From positions 1 to 64,000 of the IMG/VR virus record IMGVR_UViG_3300020047_005985: a stretch of DNA of 64,000 nucleotides; one strand, written 5' to 3'. The notes beneath the pieces are model-generated. The model did no database searches and had not been told where the DNA came from. It saw nothing but the letters and a program-made list of their open reading frames with translations. How positions within the stretch are numbered: the first letter of the stretch is position 1; every line of letters starts with the position of its first letter. The translations under genes and the position numbers were made by a program. The stretch comes from a virus (taxonomy: Duplodnaviria > Caudoviricetes). Shown here in pieces: positions 1 through 10,154 of this stretch.

Positions 1-831
1 TCTAACTATACTCCATCTTTAAAAATGTATGAAGGATTTATTAAACTAAATCATTTATACCAAGGAGATGAAATACTTCCATTTATAGGTGAATCTGAAT
101 ATTACAGATATTTAGTTCCAATGCTATTAAAGATGAATCCTGAAGTTGAAACAATGTTTACTCATCATATTAAGTATTTTGCAAGACAAATAGCAGAACA
201 AAAACAAATTTCTCAATCTGTAATTGAAGAGTTAGATAATATTGTAATTGATGGAAGTGTGAGAGGAAGTTCTTTTGGAAATATAAATACTAATTTTATT
301 AGACCTGATAGTTCAGGTAAAACAGTAGTCCATGAATTAGTTCATCGAACTTTGCAAAAAGAATATGAAAAACAAGGTGAATTTCAAACTAAAATAAATG
401 AATTATATGATTATGCTCAAAAGTTTGATGATTTTAGTTCTTACGGTTTTACTAGTGAGACAGAATTTCTTGCGGAGGCTATGTCCAACCCAGACTTTAT
501 GGAAGTTCTTAACAACATCTCTTATAAAGGACAAACCGTGTGGACATACTTAATGACTTTAATTTCAGACTTTATAAATAACATGTTAAACATAGAGTTA
601 AATTCTGATTCTGTTTTAGCTGAAGTTATACGAGCTTCTGAACAAGTATTAAACAATAATTTATCTGAACTTGGTAAAGAAAAACAAATAACTTTATCTG
701 AATTGGAAAATGAAATAGTAACTAATTGGGATAATTACTTTCCACAGTATTCTTGGATGAATGATGCTCAAAAGCAAATGACAGCTAAATTAGTAGAAGA
801 AGGTAAAATCACATTAAATTGTAGTATATGA
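1..831 (+). CDS. C-terminal part of a large virion cargo protein with a zincin metallopeptidase-like domain (5'-partial)
   Basis: HELVH (HExxH) plus downstream EFLAEAMSNPDF, typical of crAss-like large virion proteins; the frame is open back to position 1. Confidence 0.65.
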   Translation, partial: SNYTPSLKMYEGFIKLNHLYQGDEILPFIGESEYYRYLVPMLLKMNPEVETMFTHHIKYFARQIAEQKQISQSVIEELDNIVIDGSVRGSSFGNINTNFIRPDSSGKTVVHELVHRTLQKEYEKQGEFQTKINELYDYAQKFDDFSSYGFTSETEFLAEAMSNPDFMEVLNNISYKGQTVWTYLMTLISDFINNMLNIELNSDSVLAEVIRASEQVLNNNLSELGKEKQITLSELENEIVTNWDNYFPQYSWMNDAQKQMTAKLVEEGKITLNCSI

Positions 832-3800
832 ACTGTACAACTCAAGAAGATTTTAATAGTGCCATAGAGTTTGGTAGAATTATTAATGAAACTCACAGAG
901 ATCAAACTGCTGACGTTACAGTTAGTTTTTTAGATAATACTACAGGTAATGTAGAAAAGATAGATGGTAGTTACAAAGCTAAAGGTGGTAAAGCTTCTAT
1001 TAAAGAAAGTGTTACTGAAAAAGTTAGTAAGAAAAAACCATATAGGGGAAAACCTAATCCTTTGCTGGAACAGCAAGGATTAATAGGTAATCAGGTTCAT
1101 GAATTGACTGAGTTTGTAGCTCAGTCAATTCTGAATCATACTAATAATGTTTCTAATGATTCTGCTATTAAGTATATTCAGACATTAGTATTTACTGGTC
1201 AAGAAGGTTTAAAAAAAATAAACGAAGGTTATGGAAAAGAACTAGATGACCAATCTATTCAAAATTTAATAGAAGGTGTTAAGGATGTTTTATTAACTGT
1301 TTATAGAACTCAAAGAACTAAGAATACTTTAACTGGTAAACAAGGAAAAGCTACTATTAGATTAGAACAAGTTGTAATAGATCCTAAAAGAGGAATTGGT
1401 GGAACAATTGATTTATTAGCTATATATTCAGATAATACAGCTTCGGTAATTGATTTTAAAACTAAGATTTTAAAAGCTGATAATAAAGATTCTGAAGGTA
1501 ATATTATAGACGGAGGTAAAATTATTACTAATTATGATTTAGAAAAATACAAACTTCAAACAGGTGAATACGGTAGAATATTACGAGAGTCTTATGGTGT
1601 AAAAGAAATACATTCTGTATTTATTTTTCCAATTAAACTTAATATAGGTTTAAATGTAAAAGCTGCTAAATACGCAAATACAATTAGAGGTTTAAAGTTC
1701 CCAGGTCAAGATCCATTGTTAGCTAAAGTATTACCATTCTCTAATAAAACCGGATTTAAAGAGTTGGATTTATTTATTAGAGATGTGGATGATAAAATAA
1801 AACGATTAGAGCAGAGAATTAAAGCTGATCCTAAATCCAGAGATTCTTTACAAGAAAGAACTGATAGATTGGAATTAGTTAAAAAGGAAATTTTTATTAA
1901 TCATAACCTGGACTCTGTAATTGCATATGGTAGATTTTTATCTGACAAAGTAGATAAAGCTGAATTGAATCAGTTGAATATTCCTGAACTTCAAGATTTA
2001 CTTGGTGAACTAGTTTTAATAGAAAATATTACAAACTCTACTAGAGGTTATAGAACCTTTCTTAAGAAAACTTCAAAAGCTGAAGAAATTGATGAGGTAG
2101 AAAAGAAGATAGGTTTAATGGAAACTGAAATTAAGGATAAAATTGGTTTAGTTAAAGATGTTTATTTTAAAGACAAGGTTGCAAAATTAATTGAAGCTGC
2201 TTCAGGATTTAAAGTATTAGATGATTATGGAAACTATATTCCATTTGCTCAAGAAGGATATTTTGGTAAAATCTTTTATCAGTTAAGTCAATACGATACT
2301 CCTGCTTTTAAAACTTTAAAGAAAATATTAAACAGTATCAACTATAAAGTTAGACAAAATGTAGATGAAGTTACTGATGAGATTGTAAGAGTAGAAGGAA
2401 ATGTGGAAAAATGGAGAACACAAACAGGAAGATCTTTTGAAGATCTAATTAAAATTATGATTAATCCAGCAACTGATAATTTTTGGGGAAGATATGATGG
2501 AGAATATATTGAAGAAATGAAGTTGGCCAATGGTTCTACATTATATAAATATTTTGAACCTACAGATAAGTATAATGAAAGATATCAAGATAGATTAGAT
2601 AAAGAAATTAAACGTTTAGAAGAAGCTGGTTATAAAGATAAGTTTTTAGAAGATGCCACTCAAAAATGGGTTAGTAAGAATAGTCTAGAATTAGAGAATG
2701 GAAGACCTAAATATCCAGATGCATGGGAAAGAGGTAAGAGATTTAACTGGTTGCATATGAAAGATAGTCCAGAAAATTATAATCAAAACTATAAGTTCAT
2801 ATTATCTATTCCAGAACTAAAGGCTTATTACGAAATGTTTGAAAAGTATAATAAGAAGTTTAGAGATATGTTAGGAGTAGATTATACAAAACTTCCTAAT
2901 AACTTCCTGCCAAATATTCGTAAAACAATTTCAGAAAGAGTTACTGAACAAGGTACCAATGGATTAATTGCTGGAACACAAGACTTCTTTAAAGATTTTT
3001 CAATTAGAGAAGAAGATAGATCAGAGGATACATCTTATAATAGTAATGAACAAATTCCGATATTCTTTTTAAATAGGTTTAGATCTAAAGATGGAGGATT
3101 ACAAGTAGGTGAAAAATCATATCAGTTTGGCAGGTCTTTAGCTATATTTGCTAAAATGGCCTTTGATTATGAAGCTACTACAGAAAGAGAAGCTGAAATT
3201 ATAGCTTTACAGCAGTTCCTGGAAACAGAAGCTGAACAAATTACTCAATCAAGAGGTAAGAATTTAATAGACCAAATGGGTAATCAGTTAACTGAAAAAC
3301 TTCAAGCTAATGATTTACCTGAAATATTCAGATCTTTTGTAGATATGTATGTTTATAAGATCGGAATTAAATCTGTTATTGGTGATAAATCTGGTACTTC
3401 TGAAAGAATGTTGATGAAAGCTAAAGAATACTTTACTTTAAAAGTTTTAGGTTTTAATGTAATTGCTGGTTTAGGATCATTTGCAACTGCTAAAATTAAT
3501 ACTATTGTTGAATCTAATAAAGGTATAATTTTTAACAGTACAAATTATAAAGAATCTATGCAAGCTTCTTGGGATGAAAGAGAAAAGTTTTTAGCTTTAA
3601 GTGCTTATTTTGATCCAATGTCTCACAGACTAAATAATCCTAGAATAGCTGGAGAACAACAATACGGAGAAAGATTTTACTCTGATCCTACAATGAGAGG
3701 ATGGATTAACAAGTATATTAATTCTCGAATGTTAATGAATGTGTTTTCTGTCGGAGATCAATATATTGAGGAAGTAGTAACTGCTGCTATGGCTAAAAAT

Positions 3801-4829
3801 TATTATGTTGACGATCTTGGTAATTTAAGAAGAATTACTAATGCTACTCCAGAATCTAGTTGGGAAAATAGAACTGTTTGGGATTTATTTAGTTATTCTA
3901 AAGAAGATGGAGTTAAATTAAATCTTAAACCAGAACAAATTGAAAATGTATTTACTAGTTTTAGAGATGCAGTTCAAGCAGGTCAATCTAGAATTAAAGG
4001 TACTATTCCAGAAGATGATAAAGCTGCATGGCAGCATAATATATTTGGTCAATTAATGATGCATTTTAAATCATGGATGCCTGGTATTATCTTTGAAAGA
4101 TTTGGTAAAGTAAAATATGATTCAAGAATAGATTCTCTTTATATGGGTAAATATATAGCTTTAAGTAAAGAGTTTCAAAATCCTGATAAATTAGTATTTA
4201 CCACATTCTTTAAACAAATTCTACTTCCTAGGTTTGGAAAATTATTAGCAGATATTACTACGTTTGGATTACTATCTAAAAATAGATTAAATGATAAGTT
4301 AAATAAAGAACTTTACTTTGAAAAATGGTTAGATGAAAATCCACACTATCGAGGTAAAGTTACATTTGAAGACTTTAATGAAATTCAACAAAAACAACTA
4401 AAGTCTATTATTCAAGAATTACGAGTTCTTTTAGTAATTGCAGGATTGATTTTACTTGTAGGATTTGATTATGATGATGATGGAGAAAAAGATTATAAGA
4501 AGTATTTATTAACTAGAAAGTTGGCTTCTCTTTTATTTAAAGTAGAACAAGAACTTTCTTTTGTTTATAGTCCAGTAGCATTTTCAACTTTAATAAAGAA
4601 CCCTGTTCCAACAATAGGATTAGTTAATGATGGTTATAAACTTTTAAAAAATACCATTGATGAAGGATTAGATCCTTTCTTTGGAGAAGAGAGGTTGATA
4701 GGTGGAGAAACTAAAGATAAAAAACCTATTTTATCAGAAAGTATTAAACTTGTGCCAGGTAGTGCAGGAATAATTAGATTTTTTGATTTCTTATCAAATG
4801 ACGTTCAATATTCAAAAACACAACAATGA
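828..4829 (+). CDS. Large virion cargo/ejection protein with N-terminal PD-(D/E)xK nuclease-like domain and C-terminal hydrophobic helix
   Basis: 1333 aa; GTIDLLAIYSDNTASVIDFKT...Q...Y nuclease motif; LRVLLVIAGLILLVGF putative TM; position at the end of a large-protein operon as in crAss-like phages. Confidence 0.65.
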   Translation: MNCTTQEDFNSAIEFGRIINETHRDQTADVTVSFLDNTTGNVEKIDGSYKAKGGKASIKESVTEKVSKKKPYRGKPNPLLEQQGLIGNQVHELTEFVAQSILNHTNNVSNDSAIKYIQTLVFTGQEGLKKINEGYGKELDDQSIQNLIEGVKDVLLTVYRTQRTKNTLTGKQGKATIRLEQVVIDPKRGIGGTIDLLAIYSDNTASVIDFKTKILKADNKDSEGNIIDGGKIITNYDLEKYKLQTGEYGRILRESYGVKEIHSVFIFPIKLNIGLNVKAAKYANTIRGLKFPGQDPLLAKVLPFSNKTGFKELDLFIRDVDDKIKRLEQRIKADPKSRDSLQERTDRLELVKKEIFINHNLDSVIAYGRFLSDKVDKAELNQLNIPELQDLLGELVLIENITNSTRGYRTFLKKTSKAEEIDEVEKKIGLMETEIKDKIGLVKDVYFKDKVAKLIEAASGFKVLDDYGNYIPFAQEGYFGKIFYQLSQYDTPAFKTLKKILNSINYKVRQNVDEVTDEIVRVEGNVEKWRTQTGRSFEDLIKIMINPATDNFWGRYDGEYIEEMKLANGSTLYKYFEPTDKYNERYQDRLDKEIKRLEEAGYKDKFLEDATQKWVSKNSLELENGRPKYPDAWERGKRFNWLHMKDSPENYNQNYKFILSIPELKAYYEMFEKYNKKFRDMLGVDYTKLPNNFLPNIRKTISERVTEQGTNGLIAGTQDFFKDFSIREEDRSEDTSYNSNEQIPIFFLNRFRSKDGGLQVGEKSYQFGRSLAIFAKMAFDYEATTEREAEIIALQQFLETEAEQITQSRGKNLIDQMGNQLTEKLQANDLPEIFRSFVDMYVYKIGIKSVIGDKSGTSERMLMKAKEYFTLKVLGFNVIAGLGSFATAKINTIVESNKGIIFNSTNYKESMQASWDEREKFLALSAYFDPMSHRLNNPRIAGEQQYGERFYSDPTMRGWINKYINSRMLMNVFSVGDQYIEEVVTAAMAKNYYVDDLGNLRRITNATPESSWENRTVWDLFSYSKEDGVKLNLKPEQIENVFTSFRDAVQAGQSRIKGTIPEDDKAAWQHNIFGQLMMHFKSWMPGIIFERFGKVKYDSRIDSLYMGKYIALSKEFQNPDKLVFTTFFKQILLPRFGKLLADITTFGLLSKNRLNDKLNKELYFEKWLDENPHYRGKVTFEDFNEIQQKQLKSIIQELRVLLVIAGLILLVGFDYDDDGEKDYKKYLLTRKLASLLFKVEQELSFVYSPVAFSTLIKNPVPTIGLVNDGYKLLKNTIDEGLDPFFGEERLIGGETKDKKPILSESIKLVPGSAGIIRFFDFLSNDVQYSKTQQ

Positions 4830-5344
4830 AAAACTTAATTTTAATTTTACTTACTTTTGTTTGTTTCAACCTTCAAGCTCAGTTTGATGGTTCTAAAAAA
4901 GCTATTGTTATTACTGTACACGATGGTGATTCTTATGGTATTAAATTCTTGGACAGACTTGATACTACTGTTTATATTAGATTACATAACATTGATGCTC
5001 CCGAAGTAGTGTTTTACGTAATTAAAGATCAGCCTTATGCCAGACAGTCAGCTAAAGCTATTAGAGATCTTATTAAAGGTGATACAATTGATGTAACTTT
5101 CAGTTACAAAGATACATTCAAACGTTTAGTTTGCGATGTTAAAAAAGATTCAATTGATCTCACTGAATATGCTATAGCTAATGGTTTAGCTTGGTATGAA
5201 TCTGATAAAGCAACTGAACTTGAAAGATTAGAGTATTTAAAAAGTTTGCAAAAAAAAGCTCAAGAAGCTAAAATTGGTTTATGGGGTGAACCAGGTAGAA
5301 AGTTAAGACCTGCTACTTGGAGACGCAGATATTCCAGATTATAA
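4826..5344 (+). CDS. Thermonuclease (SNase-like) with signal peptide
   Basis: VHDGDS, IRLHNIDAPE, KDTFKRLV, GLAW, AQEAKIGLW motifs; N-terminal signal peptide ending LQA. Confidence 0.9.
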   Translation: MKNLILILLTFVCFNLQAQFDGSKKAIVITVHDGDSYGIKFLDRLDTTVYIRLHNIDAPEVVFYVIKDQPYARQSAKAIRDLIKGDTIDVTFSYKDTFKRLVCDVKKDSIDLTEYAIANGLAWYESDKATELERLEYLKSLQKKAQEAKIGLWGEPGRKLRPATWRRRYSRL

Positions 5345-5355
5345 AAAGGTTTAAA

Positions 5356-5392
5356 AAAAGGGAACTCTAGCTTAATTGCTAGGTTCCCTTTT
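5356..5392. terminator. Bidirectional intrinsic terminator at the convergent junction
   Basis: AAAAGGGAAC(T)CTAGC-TTAATT-GCTAGGTTCCCTTTT hairpin with A- and T-tracts on either side. Confidence 0.85.
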
Positions 5393-5579
5393 CTATTAAT
5401 ATTAATTAAATCTTGCTATTTTTTCCAGCATTGTAATTTTTCAGCCTTTAATAAGGGTTTTTGTAATTATCACTAAAATGATATTGTTTGTAGCATTATA
5501 TTTTTTAAAGGAAGAAATCCATTTTCATCAAATGGATTTGCTTCACTTCTACTATTTAATCCTTTAGCTACTTGCTGTA

Positions 5580-5990
5580 TCATAATCTTTCCGTAATAAT
5601 AATTTGATTACTAATTATAAGATTTTCAAAGTCTTCGATATAAGTAGCCCCTTTAGGAATAATGGCTTTAAAAGTAACAGAGTTTTCCATCTCATTTATA
5701 TAAATATTAATTTTGTCTTTTTTGATAGAATGAAATCCTTTACCATAGGCAATTAACTTTCCATCCACTATATCCTCTTCCCAGTCATCGAAATTGCTAT
5801 TTAAATACATATTTTCAGTAATAGTGAATGGAGTGTACTCTGCAAGGCTTTCAGCAATCGTAGTTTCATATAATTCTCCTAATTCATATTGAAAATCATA
5901 GAATATAGCTTTACGGTCAACAGTTAAGAACTTACAAACCTCAATATCTTCTGTTGCAATTTGTGGTTGTTTATTTGTTATTAAACACAT
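5580..5990 (-). CDS. Hypothetical phage protein
   Basis: MCLIT...ATEDIEVCK, GFHS, AIIPKG motifs resemble a recurrent Bacteroidota-phage family. Confidence 0.6.
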   Translation of the reverse strand: MCLITNKQPQIATEDIEVCKFLTVDRKAIFYDFQYELGELYETTIAESLAEYTPFTITENMYLNSNFDDWEEDIVDGKLIAYGKGFHSIKKDKINIYINEMENSVTFKAIIPKGATYIEDFENLIISNQIIITERL

Positions 5991-5991
5991 A

Positions 5992-6417
5992 TTATTTGTT
6001 TTTTAAAAGTACGTCCCAAAATTCTTGAGGAAGGTAAACATTTTCTAATTCTACTGCATCTTTAAATAAAGGTGCAATTTGCTCTGGAGTGTAACCAGCT
6101 AAACCACAACCAATAGCACTTAAATAAAAATAAAGATTTGGATTTTCTTCTACAAAATAAAAGAATTCGGTTACAAAATTTTGAATTCTTCTGAGAGAAA
6201 GTGTAGTAATACTCTCGTCTTTTGTTGGTATTGCATAAGAATTTCCTTGTATCCCCACACCTTTACCATAAACACCTCCACACTTTAAATACGCAAATTG
6301 AGCAGCCCCAGCACCATGTTTTCCTGCTAAGTTACTCCCAAAAACAAAGATGTTCTTTGTATTTTGAAATAATTCTTTTTTATAAAAACCATCTTTATCA
6401 AATAGTGTTTCTGTCAT
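5992..6417 (-). CDS. Macro-domain-like protein (A1S_2505-type phage protein)
   Basis: IFVFGSNLAGKHGAGAA, YAIPTK, IGCGLAGY motifs. Confidence 0.75.
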   Translation of the reverse strand: MTETLFDKDGFYKKELFQNTKNIFVFGSNLAGKHGAGAAQFAYLKCGGVYGKGVGIQGNSYAIPTKDESITTLSLRRIQNFVTEFFYFVEENPNLYFYLSAIGCGLAGYTPEQIAPLFKDAVELENVYLPQEFWDVLLKNK

Positions 6418-7096
6418 TTTTAATAAATGTATAATTTTTAATCAACCGATTTTCTTTTAAATACTTTTTAAATGTGCTATATTTCATATCTAAAAACATC
6501 GAAGCTTCTTTTATAGAAGAGAATTCCTTGTTTAACTCTATACAAAATAATGGTGTCCTATGCTGATTTTGTAATGCTAATTTCTGTCTATTTTCTGGAA
6601 TACTGCACCATGCTTTTCGTCTTAAACACAATATTTCTTTAGTTTTGTCAGAATGTTTTTCAAAAGGACTATTACGAAGCCCTTTACGAATTTTAGATAA
6701 ATGATCTTTTGTATTTTGCGAATGAGTTTTACCAAAGAAAGGATTTAGTTCTCCAAACTTTCCTGAATTAGCAATTCCAATTTTCCTTTTTATTTCTTCT
6801 GTCATAGGAATACCCTCTCCACCATAGGTAAGATTATAACCAACTCCCTTAACATTTGACGATAAGATTTTAATAAATTCAATTTCTTTAGAAACTATCT
6901 CTTCGAGAGAGCTTCCTTGATATAATATATACCAGCTAAAATTATTAAAACCATATTTTAGAAGAGCATTATGAAAATAACAATTGTCTTTTCCCATTTT
7001 ATGCTTATGTGAAATCTTTCTTCTTATTAAAGAGGTTGTTGTATAACCCACATAAATTTTACGGTTAACATTATTTACAGCAAGATAAACAATCAT
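6398..7096 (-). CDS. Free-standing GIY-YIG homing endonuclease with NUMOD3-like repeats
   Basis: IVYLAVNNVNRKIYVGYT...R, GYNLTYGGEG, NPFFGKTHS; likely start ATG 7096; no intron core seen in the flanks. Confidence 0.85.
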   Translation of the reverse strand: MIVYLAVNNVNRKIYVGYTTTSLIRRKISHKHKMGKDNCYFHNALLKYGFNNFSWYILYQGSSLEEIVSKEIEFIKILSSNVKGVGYNLTYGGEGIPMTEEIKRKIGIANSGKFGELNPFFGKTHSQNTKDHLSKIRKGLRNSPFEKHSDKTKEILCLRRKAWCSIPENRQKLALQNQHRTPLFCIELNKEFSSIKEASMFLDMKYSTFKKYLKENRLIKNYTFIKNDRNTI

Positions 7097-7152
7097 AGAA
7101 AGTTTAACGTTAGTGCTTATAATACTATCAGTCACAATCTTTCTTTAATTCT

Positions 7153-7365
7153 TCAGGTGTTATTCTCATTTTTCTTTAATTTTTCTAAATTATGTATAAC
7201 TACTTCTGGATCAGGTAATATTTCGTAATTTGTATAACGACCACAATTACCACAACAGCCCCTAAAAGGGGCGTGATCTCTACAATTTAAAAATATTAAC
7301 TTTTTGGTAGTATTGATACAAAGGTCTATAGTACTATTAAATTCTTTATTGGTCATATTTTCCAT
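7153..7365 (-). CDS. Small Cys-rich hypothetical protein
   Basis: ORF in operon, CRDH..CCGNC. Confidence 0.5.
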   Translation of the reverse strand: MENMTNKEFNSTIDLCINTTKKLIFLNCRDHAPFRGCCGNCGRYTNYEILPDPEVVIHNLEKLKKNENNT

Positions 7366-7369
7366 TATA

Positions 7370-7774
7370 TTAAGTTAAAGTAATCCAAATCTTTTTAGGT
7401 ACTAAAATTTCTTTCTGTTCTACAAAATCATACTCGATTTTTTGAAAACATCCAGTTTTTGAATCATAATTTAGTAAATTAATTCTGATAAATTTATCTT
7501 CGATATTAAAAATTATATAATGATCGTTAGAGTCGTCATCATATTTTTCATCTACAATAAATTCATCAAAATCAAATGTTTTATCCCAAGCTTTCAAATT
7601 ACACATTACCCATTTTACAGAATCATCTCGATTAAGTTTAACAGTATTAATAAATTCTTCCCAGGAATCATGGAGATATAAATTATTTATAATTTTATTC
7701 TTGGCTTCTAACGGTAATTTTTCAAATTTTGGTAAAAGAAATTCAATTAAGAATTTCAACGCTTTATTTTTCAT
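7370..7774 (-). CDS. Hypothetical protein
   Basis: 134-aa ORF, start overlaps the upstream stop. Confidence 0.55.
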   Translation of the reverse strand: MKNKALKFLIEFLLPKFEKLPLEAKNKIINNLYLHDSWEEFINTVKLNRDDSVKWVMCNLKAWDKTFDFDEFIVDEKYDDDSNDHYIIFNIEDKFIRINLLNYDSKTGCFQKIEYDFVEQKEILVPKKIWITLT

Positions 7775-8208
7775 AATTTAATTTGAAATCTATTTCTCAT
7801 TTTTTCAATTGTTTCATCAGGAACATTATGAATATTCTTACTCCCATGTCTGTTTTCTATTATCATTGTTACTACTTGATAATCATATATTTCAGCAAGT
7901 TTAAAATATTCTTCCATTTCCCATTCTTCAGTAAATGTATTAGCTACAAAAATCTTATTATAATCATAGTCAGAAGGAAGGTCTAAAATTTCATTTTGCA
8001 TCATAACGATAACACATTTTCGGCACCATTTATGAGCGTCTTTAACTTCATTAATGTTGAAATTATAATTTCCTTCTAAATCTTCAAAATACATATCGGC
8101 TGAAATAACTGGATATTTACCATGTTCTGAAAGAAGATTACCTACAGTTGTTTTACCAGCTCCAGGTAATCCTCTTAATAAAAATAATGTTTTAGACATG
8201 ATGGTCAA
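7771..8208 (-). CDS. P-loop kinase (polynucleotide-kinase-like, AAA_33)
   Basis: LLRGLPGAGKTT Walker A, ISAD, VANTF, NIHNVP..IEKM..RF. Confidence 0.85.
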   Translation of the reverse strand: MTIMSKTLFLLRGLPGAGKTTVGNLLSEHGKYPVISADMYFEDLEGNYNFNINEVKDAHKWCRKCVIVMMQNEILDLPSDYDYNKIFVANTFTEEWEMEEYFKLAEIYDYQVVTMIIENRHGSKNIHNVPDETIEKMRNRFQIKL

Positions 8209-8794
8209 AATCTGATTGATATTCTCGACCTTTTAAAAGATCTACAACATCTGTTAACTTATAAGGATATAAATCATTTCCATCTACACCTACATCCATT
8301 TTCTTACCATTGCTAAATCTCAAATCTCCTTGTAAATGTTGGTGTCCATGTAAATGAAATTCACCTTTTCTAATATTATTCCAAGATTCAATTGGGAAAT
8401 GGAATAAACAGAAATTTAGATTTCCGATATTAAGTTCCAAATAAGGATAAAGAGCTGTAAATAAATAATCATAATCTCCTTTTTTAATATGCTGATCGTG
8501 GTTTCCATAAATAAAAAAGATATCTTTAACATTCAACATCTTCCTAAATATTTCAATATTATCCTTTCCTGCAAATGACCAATCTCCAAGATGAAACAAA
8601 ATTCCATCTTCAGGAATAACTGAATTAAAATTATCAGCCATTCTTTGAGTCATTTCTTCAGGAGTATCAAAATCTCTGAACTTGAATATTCCATCTTGTT
8701 CCCAACTAGTAGTACCTCTTGTAATATTTTTATGAAAAGCGTGTGTATCTGAAGTAATCCAGATTTTATCCAGCAGACTGTGGTTTAGTTTCAT
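8192..8794 (-). CDS. Calcineurin-like metallophosphoesterase
   Basis: SDTHAFH, HLGD, GNHD, HFP, HGHQH, DVGVD. Confidence 0.9.
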   Translation of the reverse strand: MKLNHSLLDKIWITSDTHAFHKNITRGTTSWEQDGIFKFRDFDTPEEMTQRMADNFNSVIPEDGILFHLGDWSFAGKDNIEIFRKMLNVKDIFFIYGNHDQHIKKGDYDYLFTALYPYLELNIGNLNFCLFHFPIESWNNIRKGEFHLHGHQHLQGDLRFSNGKKMDVGVDGNDLYPYKLTDVVDLLKGREYQSDFDHHV

Positions 8795-9020
8795 TTTCTA
8801 ATATTTTTTTCAATCTCTCGTAATCTTCAAAAGCTTTTTCTATAGCTATTTTAAACGGTTTGCAATAATATCTATGACAGCTTTGTTCACCACTAGATCT
8901 GAGTTTACCATTTGAGGTATAAACTTGTTTAAAAGTTACTTGATCGCCTGAAAATCCTGTGACTCTAAAGAATCCGCTACTATATGCAGTGATTAAATCA
9001 CCAATTTTTATTTCATCCAT
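8766..9020 (-). CDS. Hypothetical protein
   Basis: 84-aa ORF overlapping both neighbours in the operon. Confidence 0.5.
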   Translation of the reverse strand: MDEIKIGDLITAYSSGFFRVTGFSGDQVTFKQVYTSNGKLRSSGEQSCHRYYCKPFKIAIEKAFEDYERLKKILENETKPQSAG

Positions 9021-10153
9021 AATATATATTCTGAATTTGTTTGTTCCATATTAAAAACAATATATTCCGAATTTCTTAAACCATCTCCAGGTTTAACATA
9101 TAGAGAATCCCATCCATTAGGTTTGAGATAATCATATTTCATCTGACTTCTGGATATTCCTTTTCCTTCTCTATACCATCCTTCATAAGTATAAGGATTT
9201 CCCATGTGTACATTCTGAATTAAGAATATTTTATCTTGATCTCCTCCGGTATAACCAAGGGACTTATCAGTATGTGCAGAATGATAAATACCTTCTCCAT
9301 AAGCAGCTCCTGAAATAACAGCGTTAGTAGGTCGAATAATCAATCCTGATTTTAAAATACTAAATATATTAGGATTTCTAGTTCCATGAATCAGATATTC
9401 ACAATTCTTATTATCTTGTTTATCAACCCATTCTTTAAACAGATCTGTTCTTTTTGAATGAGTTATCTTATAAACTTTATAAGGTCTATATCTACTTGAA
9501 TTTGTAGGCATAACCAGTGTATCTATAAATACAGGATTATCAACCAATTCAATTTTAACTCCTAAAAGATCTTCAATATTCTGATCTCCTGAAACAAGAT
9601 TGGTAATAATCTGACTAGATAAAGAATCTAGAATATCTTGTTCTTTAGAAATTCTTTTATCTTTATTTTCTAAATCTTTGAGAATTTCATTTCTAACATC
9701 AGCTATTCTTCTAGGTAAAGCTGTAAATAGTTTTAACAGGTTAGAATTAAATTCATCTACTGTTTGAGCTTGTAACATTAAATTGATAGATCCTTGAGCA
9801 TCATCAACCATAGCTTTAGTTACAGCTCCAGCAGATATAGTATAATTCCTACCTACATTTTCTTTAGTATATCTGGAGAAACAATTATAAAAATGTTCTA
9901 CATCAGTCGAATTAAAAGTAATTTTACCGTCTATAGTTTGAGCTTTAAGGTCAGATACATCTCTATATCCTTTCTTAATTTTCTCTCTATATTTAGAATC
10001 CCAACGAGATATGGGGTAAACTTCTGTTATTGAAGTCACCCCAACTCGTCCATACTCTACTTTAAAATTACCATCATCTGTATCTGACATACGATAAAAT
10101 TTATTAGAATTTTGATCTGACACAAGTATTAATTCAATAGGATTTCTAACCAT
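9008..10153 (-). CDS. WGR-domain poly(ADP-ribose) polymerase-like ADP-ribosyltransferase
   Basis: N-terminal NSNKFY..YGRVG..KIKKGY (WGR); helical region with LFTALPR; catalytic HGT, GAAYGEGIYHS, KSLGY, NSEYIVF (H-Y-E triad). Confidence 0.9.
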   Translation of the reverse strand: MVRNPIELILVSDQNSNKFYRMSDTDDGNFKVEYGRVGVTSITEVYPISRWDSKYREKIKKGYRDVSDLKAQTIDGKITFNSTDVEHFYNCFSRYTKENVGRNYTISAGAVTKAMVDDAQGSINLMLQAQTVDEFNSNLLKLFTALPRRIADVRNEILKDLENKDKRISKEQDILDSLSSQIITNLVSGDQNIEDLLGVKIELVDNPVFIDTLVMPTNSSRYRPYKVYKITHSKRTDLFKEWVDKQDNKNCEYLIHGTRNPNIFSILKSGLIIRPTNAVISGAAYGEGIYHSAHTDKSLGYTGGDQDKIFLIQNVHMGNPYTYEGWYREGKGISRSQMKYDYLKPNGWDSLYVKPGDGLRNSEYIVFNMEQTNSEYILWMK

Positions 10154-10154
10154 A

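Noticed and set aside
6398-7135. Fourth group I intron around this GIY-YIG gene
   Set aside because: No P/Q/R/S core motifs, and the flanking genes look complete
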